Source: Candidatus Humimicrobiaceae bacterium (GTDB lineage: Bacteria > Actinomycetota > Humimicrobiia > Humimicrobiales > Humimicrobiaceae). Taken from it: a stretch of 64,000 nt of DNA. A program made the position numbers and the translations under genes. The notes below the pieces were generated by a model. The model worked only from the letters and a program-made list of their open reading frames with translations, was not told where the DNA came from and did not search any database. Shown here one piece after another: positions 39,737-49,462 of this stretch. The stretch is from contig DATBWH010000051.1 of assembly GCA_036514895.1 (NCBI GenBank), positions 122 through 64,121 of the forward strand. Direction: 5' to 3'. How positions within the stretch are numbered: position 1 is the first letter of the stretch; the number at the start of each line of letters is the position of its first letter.

Positions 39737-40123
39737 CTATTTCTTTTTAAGCCATTGGATATATTCAAGAATATTATTATCCGGATCGGAGAAATATACC
39801 CATGCCGCATCATCCTTTGTCTCAAGTGGGCCGTGTACTATAGGAATATTACTCTTCCTGAGTAGATCAACTGAGGATCCCATATTTTCAACTTCCAGAC
39901 AAAAATGGGGACAGTATGGCTTTTTTATTTCAGATTTTTTGTACTCTCCTTTTAGATCCAGGATTAACTCAAGTCGTGCATCTTCATGTTCCAGGAACGC
40001 ATATTCTTCCTTCTCTTCTTCATTTGTGACTCTGGATTTGAGTTTAAATCCCATTTTTTTGGTGTAAAAACTAATAGAAGAATCCATATCTGAAACCTGA
40101 AAGGCAAAATGATCAAAGCTCAT
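39737..40123 (-). CDS. VOC/glyoxalase-bleomycin resistance family protein
   Basis: FDHFAFQVSDMDSSISFY and a C-terminal HFCLEVEN are typical of VOC-fold proteins. Length 128 aa. Confidence 0.7.
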   Translation of the reverse strand: MSFDHFAFQVSDMDSSISFYTKKMGFKLKSRVTNEEEKEEYAFLEHEDARLELILDLKGEYKKSEIKKPYCPHFCLEVENMGSSVDLLRKSNIPIVHGPLETKDDAAWVYFSDPDNNILEYIQWLKKK

Positions 40124-40200
40124 TACGTTCTCCTTTAAATATATTAATATAAAAGTATGATCCTGTATCCTTTTATTTCGAAACTTGTTAATATTTAACT

Positions 40201-40362
40201 TGGTCGGGATGGGGGGATTTGTTCTTTCGTCTCGCTTCGCTCGCTGCAGAGACGCAGACTCCCTCGCTGACGCTCAGTCCGTCTTTTCAAATCCCGTAAA
40301 TATGCCACTGGTATGTTTACCTGCAATAATTTTAAAATTTCTCATGCTTTTTAACCTAAATC
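40201..40362 (-). repeat. Degenerate tRNA-like remnant sharing the 3'-terminal 21 nt (and the 5' CGGGAT) of the adjacent tRNA-Pro
   Basis: TGGTCGGGATGGGGGGATTTG at 40201-40221 is identical to 40364-40384. The intervening 142 bp is GC-rich with internal hairpins and has no T-stem partner. Confidence 0.6.
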
Positions 40363-40441
40363 TGGTCGGGATGGGGGGATTTGAACCCCCGGCCTCAGCG
40401 TCCCGAACGCTGCGCGCTAAACCAAGCTGCGCTACATCCCG
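40363..40441 (-). tRNA. tRNA-Pro (anticodon CGG)
   Basis: The minus-strand sequence CGGGATG TA GCGC...CAGCG TTCGGGA CGCTG...GGGGG TTCAAAT CCCCC CATCCCG A CCA folds as a cloverleaf. The anticodon loop is UUCGGGA, with G37 and an encoded CCA. Confidence 0.85.
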
Positions 40442-40619
40442 ATCAAACAATCCCTACTTGAGCATAATATATTCTATCAACTCCGGATAGGATTTAAAAG
40501 AAAATAAAGGTGTTAAAATTATAGGCAAAATCATCTTTTAAAAAACCTCACAAAGTAGTATAAATCTAAGAATATATTTAAGTATATATTTTTGACGTTA
40601 ATTTTAATTTATTTGTAAT

Positions 40620-41957
40620 ATGGATGTTAGAAAATTTATTTTGAGTTTTAAAAATAACTTTAAAATAATCTCGCAGTCTTTAAAATCCAGAAACTATAGA
40701 TTATTCTTTATCGGCCAGAGCGTATCGCTTATTGGAACGTGGATGCAGGTAATAGCCTTAAGCTGGCTCGTGTATGACCTTACAAATTCTGCATTGCTGC
40801 TTGGACTGGTTGGTTTTTTCAGCCAGGTACCGTCATTTTTCATTACACCCTTTTCGGGAGTACTAGTAGACAGATGGAACCGGCATAGAATACTCATCGC
40901 TACACAGGTTTTATCTATGATTCAGGCATTTATTCTGGCTTTTCTAACTCTTTCAGGGAAAATAACAATCTTACAGGTTATCCTTCTTAGCCTGGGCCTG
41001 GGATTAATTAATGCTTTCGATATGCCGGCAAGACAGGCTTTTGTAATCGAGATGGTCGAAAAAAGAAGTGACCTTGCAAATGCAATCGCGCTGAATTCTT
41101 CGATGGTAAACAGTGCGAGATTAATCGGTCCCGCAATTGCCGGAATACTTGTGGCTGCCGTCGGTGAAGGCTTTTGTTTTCTGATAAATGGCATAACCTT
41201 CATGTCTGTTATCTTCTCTCTCCTTGCTATGAGACTTAAGAAAAAACCGAAACATAGATATTCCAATAATATTTTACAGGATATAAAAGAAGGTTTCAGA
41301 TATTCCTTCGGTTTTATTCCGATAAGATCGATTTTACTTTTCCTGGGACTCGTAAGTTTTATCGGCATGCCTTATACGGTATTTATGCCTATTTTTGCAA
41401 AGGATATTTTGCACGGCGGTCCTAATCTTCTGGGTTACCTGATGTCTCTGGGGGGTATAGGAGCGTTACTGGGAGGAATTTATCTTGCTTCAAGAAAAAC
41501 CATTGTGGGTCTGGGGCGAATCCTGGCTGCAGCAACCGGCATATTTGGAATAAGTTTGATATTGTTTTCGACATCCCGAATTTTATGGCTTTCACTTCTT
41601 ATGATGCTGGTAAGCGGATTTGGCATGATAATACATATAGCTGCCTCCAATACTATTCTGCAAACAATAACCGAGGATGATAAACGCGGGCGTGTCATGA
41701 GTTTTTTCACAATGTCTTTTATGGGAATGACACCGTTTGGTACTTTATTGGAAGGTGCTCTTGCCAATTGGATTGGCGCAGCCAATATAGTATTGATAAG
41801 CGGCGGGATATGCATACTGGGTACTATCATTTTTTCGATCAAACTTCCAGCGATAAGAAAAATTGTGAGACCTATATATATAAAAAGGGGAATCATAAGT
41901 GAAATTGCAAAAGGTGTTCAGGTAGCAAGCGATGCAAAGATCCCGCCTAAGCCATGA
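40620..41957 (+). CDS. Major facilitator superfamily transporter
   Basis: A 445-aa protein with 12 predicted TM segments and an MFS motif region (GVLVDRWNRHRIL). Confidence 0.85.
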   Translation: MDVRKFILSFKNNFKIISQSLKSRNYRLFFIGQSVSLIGTWMQVIALSWLVYDLTNSALLLGLVGFFSQVPSFFITPFSGVLVDRWNRHRILIATQVLSMIQAFILAFLTLSGKITILQVILLSLGLGLINAFDMPARQAFVIEMVEKRSDLANAIALNSSMVNSARLIGPAIAGILVAAVGEGFCFLINGITFMSVIFSLLAMRLKKKPKHRYSNNILQDIKEGFRYSFGFIPIRSILLFLGLVSFIGMPYTVFMPIFAKDILHGGPNLLGYLMSLGGIGALLGGIYLASRKTIVGLGRILAAATGIFGISLILFSTSRILWLSLLMMLVSGFGMIIHIAASNTILQTITEDDKRGRVMSFFTMSFMGMTPFGTLLEGALANWIGAANIVLISGGICILGTIIFSIKLPAIRKIVRPIYIKRGIISEIAKGVQVASDAKIPPKP

Positions 41958-42011
41958 GCAATATCTTTATTATTTGACAATAGATCAGGATAAAGAAACA
42001 ATTAAGATATT

Positions 42012-43139
42012 TTAAATATTATCTATAAGTTCTATGGCGTTTTTGAAGCTATCGATTTTAAAAAATCCATCTCTTATTCTCGATATACCCTTTTCGCCCT
42101 TAAAAATCCATGATAGGCGCTTTCTGAATTCCCTAACTGCTCTATCTTCTCCCTTGAAATAGATCATGAATTTTAAATATAGCTCTGATAATTCTTTTTT
42201 CCATTCAAGGTCGGGTTCAGATACGGAATCGAATATCTTATTAGTTGATTCTTTGTAATCGGCCAGAAGAAATACCAATATATTTGTAAGTAGCCACAGC
42301 CGGCCTTTTACTGCTCTGCCAATCATTATCCCATCACAGCCAGTATAATCCATTATCTCTACAGCTTTTCCGGGTGAATCGATATCCCCGCTGACTATTA
42401 CAGGAATTTTGATCTTTTCTTTTACTTTTTTTATAAGTTTATAATCTGCCACTCCCGAAAAACCCTGCTTTACTGTCCTCCCGTGAATAGAAATAGCTTT
42501 TGCTCCGGAATGTTCAGCAATTTTTGCAATATCCAAAATATTGATACTTTCAGCATCCCAGCCGATTCTTGTCTTTATGGTCAACGGTTTTTTTAATACC
42601 GAAGAAAGCCTTTTTATTATTTTTTTGACTTTTTCTTTATCCTGAATGAGATATCCGCCGCTTTTGGCTTTTAGCACCTTCGGAACCGGACATCCCATAT
42701 TGATATCTATAATGTCAGCCTTATCCTCGATCCGCAGCGCAGCTTCCGCAATTATTTCCGGGTCCGGTCCAAATATCTGCAAGGCACAAGGTCTTTCGTA
42801 ATTGGTGATTTCCGACAGGGTCAGACTCTTTTTTTGACCGTAAACTATACCATAGCTGCTTATCATTTCGGTACAATTAAGGGCAGAGCCAAAAAATCTC
42901 GCGAAAATCCTGAAAGTATTATCGCTTATACCTGCAAGCGGAGCAGAAATGAGAGGATTTTTTATTTCTACATTTCCGATTTCAAACGAGTGCTCCGGAA
43001 TATCAAAATCAAACTTATACTTATTGGTGTCGGATACCGGCAGCCTTCCTGACAGGCTGACTGGTATATGTTCAATAAAATATTTTAAAACTAATTTTCC
43101 GAGTTCATCTATAAGATCGGGTAGTTTAAATGATTTCAA
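42012..43139 (-). CDS. dus: tRNA-dihydrouridine synthase (Dus family) with N- and C-terminal extensions
   Basis: A TIM-barrel Dus core (APLAGISDNTFR, LQIFGPDP, DINMGCPVPKV, the catalytic Cys region). Confidence 0.85.
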   Translation of the reverse strand: MKSFKLPDLIDELGKLVLKYFIEHIPVSLSGRLPVSDTNKYKFDFDIPEHSFEIGNVEIKNPLISAPLAGISDNTFRIFARFFGSALNCTEMISSYGIVYGQKKSLTLSEITNYERPCALQIFGPDPEIIAEAALRIEDKADIIDINMGCPVPKVLKAKSGGYLIQDKEKVKKIIKRLSSVLKKPLTIKTRIGWDAESINILDIAKIAEHSGAKAISIHGRTVKQGFSGVADYKLIKKVKEKIKIPVIVSGDIDSPGKAVEIMDYTGCDGIMIGRAVKGRLWLLTNILVFLLADYKESTNKIFDSVSEPDLEWKKELSELYLKFMIYFKGEDRAVREFRKRLSWIFKGEKGISRIRDGFFKIDSFKNAIELIDNI

Positions 43140-43193
43140 ATTATTAAAGCATTACATTCTTTTTTCTAAAACGGCTATATTACAATAAAATCG

Positions 43194-43973
43194 TTATTTA
43201 TTTTTATCAAAGAGTATCCTTAAACCTTTCAGGGTTAAATCGGGGTCAAAAGTCTTGATCCATTTACTTTTACCTACCATAAGAAATGCCAGACCGCCAG
43301 TGGCAATTACTTCAGGTTTAAAACCATTATAATTTTTATTAAGCTCTTCTATTATCTTCTCGATAATAAAATCAGCCTGTCCCAGAAATCCGTATAATAT
43401 ACCGGCACGGACTCCATCATTTGTATTTTTTCCCACCACCGATTCCGGCCAGTTCAAATCGACCTTGGATAATCTGGCAGCATTGCTAAAAAGCGCTTCG
43501 GATGAAATTTCTATACCGGGAGCAATCACTCCGCCTATATATTCTCCTCCGGGTGTTAATATATCAAAAGTGGTAGCTGTCCCAAAATCCACTACGATTG
43601 CCGGATAACCATATATTTCTTTTGCCGCTACGGAATTTGCAATCCTGTCCGCTCCTATTTCCGCAGGGTAATCGTATTTTATGATAAGATTGGATTTTAC
43701 ATTGTCTGTCACTATAAACGGTGTCTGGTTGAAATATCTGCGACTCATTTTAGTGATTTCGTCAAGTATGCTGGGAACAACACAGGAAATTGCAATATTT
43801 TCAATATACCTGGGATCAAATTTAGAATTCCTTAAAAAATTGAAAACTGCAGACGCAATCTCGTCAGATGTCTCATATTTAGGCGTGACCATCCTCCATG
43901 AAGCAAGGATTTTATCTTCCTTAAAAAGTCCTATAACAGTTTGCGTGTTTCCTATATCTATTGCCAGCAGCAT
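43194..43973 (-). CDS. coaX: Type III pantothenate kinase
   Basis: MLLAIDIGNTQTVIGLF and GGDR/GTATT motifs of the CoaX/Bvg accessory factor family. Confidence 0.9.
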   Translation of the reverse strand: MLLAIDIGNTQTVIGLFKEDKILASWRMVTPKYETSDEIASAVFNFLRNSKFDPRYIENIAISCVVPSILDEITKMSRRYFNQTPFIVTDNVKSNLIIKYDYPAEIGADRIANSVAAKEIYGYPAIVVDFGTATTFDILTPGGEYIGGVIAPGIEISSEALFSNAARLSKVDLNWPESVVGKNTNDGVRAGILYGFLGQADFIIEKIIEELNKNYNGFKPEVIATGGLAFLMVGKSKWIKTFDPDLTLKGLRILFDKNK

Positions 43974-43987
43974 AATAAACCTTTCTT

Positions 43988-44869
43988 TTATGATTTTTTC
44001 CAGCTCTTTACCAAATCTACTTTTTCGATGAAATTGCTTTTTTTAATAAGCTTTTCTATATTTTCCCCTTTCAATTTAAATCCCGGAGATATCTCGCTTA
44101 AGGGGACCAAAACAAATTTTCTTTCATCTATCCGGGAGTGGGGAATAGTTAAAAAATCGGATTCTATGGACACCTCTCCATAATACAATAAATCCAGATC
44201 TATAATTCTGGGGCCATATTTTTTCTCTGACCTTTTCCTTCCCATATCATATTCGATACCTTTTAAAAATCCCATCAGTTCAAACGGACTGACTTTTATA
44301 TCGACTCGGGCCTGCAATACTATATTATAAAAAGAATTTTGTTCTTTGAGATACATTGGTTCCGTTTCATATATAGATGACACTTTGATTATTTCAATAT
44401 CAGGATTTGAGTTGATTAAATCGACAGCTTTTCTTAAATTGTCTTCCCTGTTTCCAATATTTGACCCGAGGGATAGGTAAATATCGACTCCATCACTTTT
44501 TTTGTCCCACCTATATTCAATCCCAACAGACTCGAGATTCTCTTTCATGGGTGGAGATGTTTTTTCTATTCTGACAGATACTTTTTCTACCAGTGGCGAT
44601 ATTTCAAAAATCCTATCGGCTATGGTTTGAGTCAGGGTTTCAAGGAGATTAAATCTACAATTGTCATTTATATCCTTTACAAGTCTTATTACTTCAGAGT
44701 AGTTCAGGGTATTTTCTAGACTATCCTCATTTTTATTTTCACCTAAAAAGTTATCTTTGTTCAATAAAACTTCAATATTGTAACGGAAATTCTGGCCATT
44801 CTTCTTTTCTATCTCTTTGACTCCATGATATCCGAATAAATTAAGATTTTTTATTATTATTTTAAACAT
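43988..44869 (-). CDS. folBK: Fused dihydroneopterin aldolase / 6-hydroxymethyl-7,8-dihydropterin pyrophosphokinase (FolB-FolK)
   Basis: The N-terminal FolB part (IIKNLNLFGYHGV) is followed by an HPPK part (IYLSLGSNIGNREDNL...IYETEPM). Confidence 0.85.
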   Translation of the reverse strand: MFKIIIKNLNLFGYHGVKEIEKKNGQNFRYNIEVLLNKDNFLGENKNEDSLENTLNYSEVIRLVKDINDNCRFNLLETLTQTIADRIFEISPLVEKVSVRIEKTSPPMKENLESVGIEYRWDKKSDGVDIYLSLGSNIGNREDNLRKAVDLINSNPDIEIIKVSSIYETEPMYLKEQNSFYNIVLQARVDIKVSPFELMGFLKGIEYDMGRKRSEKKYGPRIIDLDLLYYGEVSIESDFLTIPHSRIDERKFVLVPLSEISPGFKLKGENIEKLIKKSNFIEKVDLVKSWKKS

Positions 44870-44887
44870 TCCGATTCCTATAAATGA

Positions 44888-46117
44888 CTAAAACCCATTA
44901 ATAATACACTTTGCGACCTTAACCGCCCTTATAGTTTCCTTAACGTCGTGCACCCTTAAAATATTAACACCATTTACAACGGAATAAACCGCTGCAGCAA
45001 TGCTGCCCTCGAGCCTCTCTTCTACTGGCAAATCCAGGATACCTCCGACAAAAGATTTTCTCGAAGCTCCGATTAGTACGGGAAATCCCAGCACTGTCAA
45101 CTCTTTGACTTTGTTAAGTATTTCCAGGTTATGTTCGAGAGTTTTTCCGAATCCAATACCGGGATCTATTATTATTTTTTCGGGTTTTATCCCAGAACCG
45201 GTTGCCATATCGGTTTTTTCTTCGAGATAATCATAAATCTCATCCATTACATTTTCGTATTCCGGATTCTTCTGCATGTTTTCAGGTGTTCCCTTGATGT
45301 GCATGATAACCACAGAAACATCTCTTTCTGGAATCACTTTTACCATTTGAGGGTCCATGGAAAGACCGCTTATATCATTTATTATATGCGCTCCTGCGTC
45401 TATAGCCTTCCTTGCTACTTCGGACCTGTAAGTATCGGCAGATATTAAAATATCGTAATTCTTCTTTATATATTCGATCGCCGGAATAATCCTTTTAGTT
45501 TCCTCATCAGGGTTTACCGGAATAGAACCGGGTCTGGTTGACATTCCTCCCACATCGATTATATCCGCTCCTTCTTTTACCATGACCTCGATTCTTCTTA
45601 ATGCTTTATCTTTCTCAAAATAAAATCCGCCATCATAGAAAGAATCCGGTGTAATATTCAAGATCCCCATTATCAGTATGTCTTCGTCCAGGTTAAATTT
45701 TTTCTTATCGATCACGAGTTCTTTTCTTTTTCCAATTTTATCCAATCTGTCCAAATATTCTTTTAATTCACCGGATAATTCTTTCAGACCAAAAGGCTGT
45801 TCCTTAATCTTATCGATCAAACTTTCAATGGTTTTTATCGTACCCTGGACGATAACATCGGATTTCCCTTTTATCTCTGTCCTGCTGCCTGCCTCTAAAA
45901 GCGTATTTCTTGACGTAACAACATCCCCGCCCCTGGCAAGCATTTCCTGTTTTAAAATATTTGCACCCAATGGATTTATTCCTTTGATCTTTAAAGAAAT
46001 TGGAAATATTTTTTCTATCATTATTCGGGAACCGGCAGGTGTAGCTCCTATCTTTTTGTTCTCCTTCAGGCCTTCCGGCCTGGTTTTAATGTCAAGTACC
46101 CTTATTTTAAATTTCAT
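44888..46117 (-). CDS. folP: Dihydropteroate synthase with ~135-aa N-terminal extension
   Basis: The DHPS pterin-binding core starts near residue 138 (ILIMGILNITPDSFYDGG...). The N-terminal domain is unassigned. Confidence 0.9.
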   Translation of the reverse strand: MKFKIRVLDIKTRPEGLKENKKIGATPAGSRIMIEKIFPISLKIKGINPLGANILKQEMLARGGDVVTSRNTLLEAGSRTEIKGKSDVIVQGTIKTIESLIDKIKEQPFGLKELSGELKEYLDRLDKIGKRKELVIDKKKFNLDEDILIMGILNITPDSFYDGGFYFEKDKALRRIEVMVKEGADIIDVGGMSTRPGSIPVNPDEETKRIIPAIEYIKKNYDILISADTYRSEVARKAIDAGAHIINDISGLSMDPQMVKVIPERDVSVVIMHIKGTPENMQKNPEYENVMDEIYDYLEEKTDMATGSGIKPEKIIIDPGIGFGKTLEHNLEILNKVKELTVLGFPVLIGASRKSFVGGILDLPVEERLEGSIAAAVYSVVNGVNILRVHDVKETIRAVKVAKCIINGF

Positions 46118-46129
46118 ATACTTAAAACA

Positions 46130-46696
46130 TTATTTATCTTTTTTTATAAGCGCCACTGCTTCGGCTCTTGAAGCAGGATTTTCTTTAAATAAACCCCGTA
46201 CGGCAGAAGTCACCGTTAAAGTATCGGGTTTCTTTACTCCCCTCATACTCATACACAAATGTTCGGCTTCGACAATAACCAGGACCCCTCTGGGTTTTAG
46301 CTTTCTCATAAGGGTATCCGCTACTATAGAGGTCAATCTTTCCTGGACCTGCAATCTTTTGGATGCAATATCAAGTACTCTGGTAAGTTTACTAAGACCT
46401 ATGATCTTTCCGGTTTTATTGGGAATATAAGCTATATGAGCTTTCCCTACAAAAGGGACCAGATGATGTTCGCATACCGAATAAAAGGGGATATTCTTGA
46501 TCAATATTATCTCGTCATGGCTTTCGTCAAACATAGGTTCCAGTTCACTGGCCGGATCTTTCCCGATCCCGCTGAATATTTCCTCGTACATCTCAGCAAC
46601 TCTTCCCGGAGTTCCCTTAAGACCCTCTCTATTTAAATCCTCTCCAATACCTTTTAATATTAGCTTTACTCCCTCTTCTATCATTTTTTTATCCAC
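46130..46696 (-). CDS. folE: GTP cyclohydrolase I
   Basis: The CEHH zinc motif is present ([21 protein letters not shown]). Confidence 0.9.
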   Translation of the reverse strand: MDKKMIEEGVKLILKGIGEDLNREGLKGTPGRVAEMYEEIFSGIGKDPASELEPMFDESHDEIILIKNIPFYSVCEHHLVPFVGKAHIAYIPNKTGKIIGLSKLTRVLDIASKRLQVQERLTSIVADTLMRKLKPRGVLVIVEAEHLCMSMRGVKKPDTLTVTSAVRGLFKENPASRAEAVALIKKDK

Positions 46697-46845
46697 TGGT
46701 TAACTCCTGTCCAAAATTAATGAAATATTTTTCATCATAAATGATAAGCATTTTTAATAAATAAAGAAATAGGTATATCAGAAGCTGGTTATAAAGTGCT
46801 TGGTTTTGGAAATTGAAATAACTTACTTAAATAAAAATTTAATTA

Positions 46846-48780
46846 TTATTTGCTGCTTTTTCCGGCTGCCTTTACGGCTTTCTTTTTTACGGTTTTTATT
46901 ACATTATTATTATCTATAATTTCACTTTTTTCCTCTAGCTTTTCAACTCTCTTGCTTTTCTGGCTTTCTACTTTTGATAATACCTTTAGTATATCATCTC
47001 TGCTGAGAGTTTCTTTCTTCATCAACTCATTGGCCAAATCAGTTAAATTCTTTTTATTTTTTAAAAGTACCTTTCTTGCCATCTCATAGCAGTCCATAAT
47101 TATATTATGAACTTCATCATCGATAGCAGAAGCTATTCCATCACTATAGTGAGGTCTCCCAATTTCTTTTCCCAGGAATACCTCTTCTTCTTCCCCCTTA
47201 AAAGTGATTGGACCCAGCCTTTTACTCATGCCATATTCTGTAATCATTTTTCTTGTAATTTTAGTAGCTCTGTCCAGGTCATTTTGAGCACCCGAGGTTA
47301 TATCATTGAAGTTCATTTCTTCGCTGACCCTGCCCCCCAGAAGCTGGGTAATATTGTCTATAAGCTCTCTTTTAGATTTCAAGAATCTATCTTCCTCGGG
47401 CAGGGTAATTACATAACCCAGTGCCCGTCCCCTTGAAATAATGGATATTTTATGAATGGGGTCGGTATGGGGAAGAACATATGAAAGTATTGCATGACCC
47501 GATTCATGATAAGCTATTATTCTCTTTTCTTCTTCCGATATGATTCTTGATTTTTTCTCGGGTCCGGCTATAACTCTTTCCACTGCTTCTTCTATCTCAA
47601 ACATAGTCAATTTTTTCTTATTATGTCTTGCTGCCAGAAGAGAAGCTTCGTTGAAAAGATTGGCCAGGTCGGCACCGGTAAATCCGGGTGTCTGTTTGGC
47701 TATATTCTTTAAATTAATGCCTTTATCCAGAGGTTTTCCTCTGGCATGTATCTTCAGTATCTCCTCCCTGCCCAGTAAATCGGGTCTGTCGACAACTATC
47801 TGTCTGTCAAACCTTCCCGGTCTTAGCAGCGCAGGATCCAGAATGTCAGGTCTGTTTGTAGCCGCAATCAATATCACTGTGCTGTCGATATCAAAACCAT
47901 CCATCTCTACCAGCAGTTGATTCAAAGTCTGTTCTCTTTCATCATGACCTCCGCCCAGACCGGCTCCCCTGTGCCTGCCAACCGCATCGATTTCATCCAT
48001 AAATATTATTGCAGGTTGACTTGCCTTGGCCTGAGTAAATAAATCCCTGACCCTCGATGCTCCAACACCGACAAACATCTCCACAAATTCGGAACCGCTA
48101 ATGCTGTAGAATGGCACACCGGCTTCACCTGCAACTGCCCTTGCCAGAAGCGTTTTACCGGTTCCGGGGGGCCCGTATAATAAGACACCCTTTGGAATCT
48201 TTGCTCCCATTGCCTTGAATTTACTCGGGTTTTCCAGAAATTCTTCAATTTCTCTTAATTCTTCTACAGCTTCGTCAACACCCGCCACATCTTTAAAGGT
48301 GACTCTTTTTTTACTCTTATCAACCAGTCTCGCCTTACTTTTTCCAAATTGGAGGACTTTGGAACCTCCTCCTTGAAGTTGATTCATCATAAAGAAAATC
48401 AAGCCAAACATTATGACAAAAGGTATCGCGCTTATTAAAATCTGAAGCCATATGGATTGTTTCTGATTATCGATCTTGAATGATAAATTATTATCCAGCA
48501 GCAACTGTGTAACATCATAATCCCCTAAAAATGAAACCTCGAACCTGGTTCCGTCTTTTAATTCGCCCTCGACTATCCTATCCTCTCCTTTGATCACCAT
48601 TGGAGACGAAGTGCTTATTTTATCCTGCTCCACAGCTTCGACGAACTCATCCAAATTGAATTCTGTGACTGGCTGTGAAAGAAAAAGTGGATTTCTTAAA
48701 ATCAAGAACATAACCACTATAAGTAATATTAATAATGCAATATTTTTAAATCCTCTGCTATTAAAACCTCTATTTTTCAA
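46846..48780 (-). CDS. ftsH: ATP-dependent zinc metalloprotease FtsH
   Basis: N-terminal TM segments, AAA Walker A GPPGTGKT, and the HEAGH-type zinc site HESGHA. Confidence 0.95.
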   Translation of the reverse strand: MKNRGFNSRGFKNIALLILLIVVMFLILRNPLFLSQPVTEFNLDEFVEAVEQDKISTSSPMVIKGEDRIVEGELKDGTRFEVSFLGDYDVTQLLLDNNLSFKIDNQKQSIWLQILISAIPFVIMFGLIFFMMNQLQGGGSKVLQFGKSKARLVDKSKKRVTFKDVAGVDEAVEELREIEEFLENPSKFKAMGAKIPKGVLLYGPPGTGKTLLARAVAGEAGVPFYSISGSEFVEMFVGVGASRVRDLFTQAKASQPAIIFMDEIDAVGRHRGAGLGGGHDEREQTLNQLLVEMDGFDIDSTVILIAATNRPDILDPALLRPGRFDRQIVVDRPDLLGREEILKIHARGKPLDKGINLKNIAKQTPGFTGADLANLFNEASLLAARHNKKKLTMFEIEEAVERVIAGPEKKSRIISEEEKRIIAYHESGHAILSYVLPHTDPIHKISIISRGRALGYVITLPEEDRFLKSKRELIDNITQLLGGRVSEEMNFNDITSGAQNDLDRATKITRKMITEYGMSKRLGPITFKGEEEEVFLGKEIGRPHYSDGIASAIDDEVHNIIMDCYEMARKVLLKNKKNLTDLANELMKKETLSRDDILKVLSKVESQKSKRVEKLEEKSEIIDNNNVIKTVKKKAVKAAGKSSK

Positions 48781-48838
48781 CTTAAAACAACTCCTTATTT
48801 AAATATTCTTTCCTTACGCTTTTTAGATGATAATATAA

Positions 48839-49429
48839 TTACTCTTCATTTTCAATATACCCTATAAAAGGGAAATTTCTATATTTCTCTGCAAAATCAA
48901 GACCATATCCTACCACAAACTTATTGGGGATATCAAATCCCTTATATTTGACCTTGTTTACTGTTTTTCTGGGAACATCTTTATCCAGAAGAGCGCAGAC
49001 TTCTATGCTTTTAGGATTTCTGGCCTGCAGGTTTTTTACCAGATAATTCAAAGTCCTCCCTGAATCGACGATATCCTCTATGATTAACACTTCTTTATTC
49101 TCTATGCTGAATTCGAGGTCTTTTGTTATTCTTACAATACCCGAACTTACCTTGGAATTCCCATAACTGGAAACCGCCATAAAATCAAAAGTGACAGGAA
49201 TCCTGATCTCACGGCATATATCGGCAAGAAAGATGAAAGAACCTCTCAGAATCGACACCAGAACCGGATTCTTATCATTATAATCCTTTGTTATTTCTTT
49301 TCCTAATTCCTTGATCCTGCTGCAGAGCTCTTCTTCACCGATAAGTATCCTTACTTTAGTTTCGCCGCATATTAAGACTTTTTCACCGTTAACCACTTTG
49401 AATTTAAATAATCCCATTGGCCACTCCAA
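48839..49429 (-). CDS. hpt: Hypoxanthine-guanine phosphoribosyltransferase
   Basis: A PRTase motif (LIIEDIVDSGRTL) in the conserved tilS-hpt-ftsH arrangement. Confidence 0.9.
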   Translation of the reverse strand: MEWPMGLFKFKVVNGEKVLICGETKVRILIGEEELCSRIKELGKEITKDYNDKNPVLVSILRGSFIFLADICREIRIPVTFDFMAVSSYGNSKVSSGIVRITKDLEFSIENKEVLIIEDIVDSGRTLNYLVKNLQARNPKSIEVCALLDKDVPRKTVNKVKYKGFDIPNKFVVGYGLDFAEKYRNFPFIGYIENEE

Positions 49430-49462
49430 ATAAAAATATAATTTTATTAAATCATATATAAA

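Noticed and set aside
40185-40199. TTGTTAATATTTAAC inverted repeat upstream of the VOC-ldhA operon, considered as a Rex operator because rex is in the window and Rex regulates ldh in Firmicutes.
   Set aside because: It only loosely resembles TTGTGAAnnnnTTCACAA. The half-sites are 5 bp and the spacing is wrong, so it would need a genome-wide motif search.
40185-40490. A 101-aa plus-strand ORF with a repeated NLVGMGGF peptide.
   Set aside because: It spans the tRNA-Pro gene and its duplicated 3' end. The peptide repeat is just the DNA direct repeat translated, so it is not coding.
46697-46845. Looked for a THF riboswitch upstream of folE.
   Set aside because: No recognisable conserved THF aptamer elements were seen by eye. 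The region appears to be a plain AT-rich promoter.
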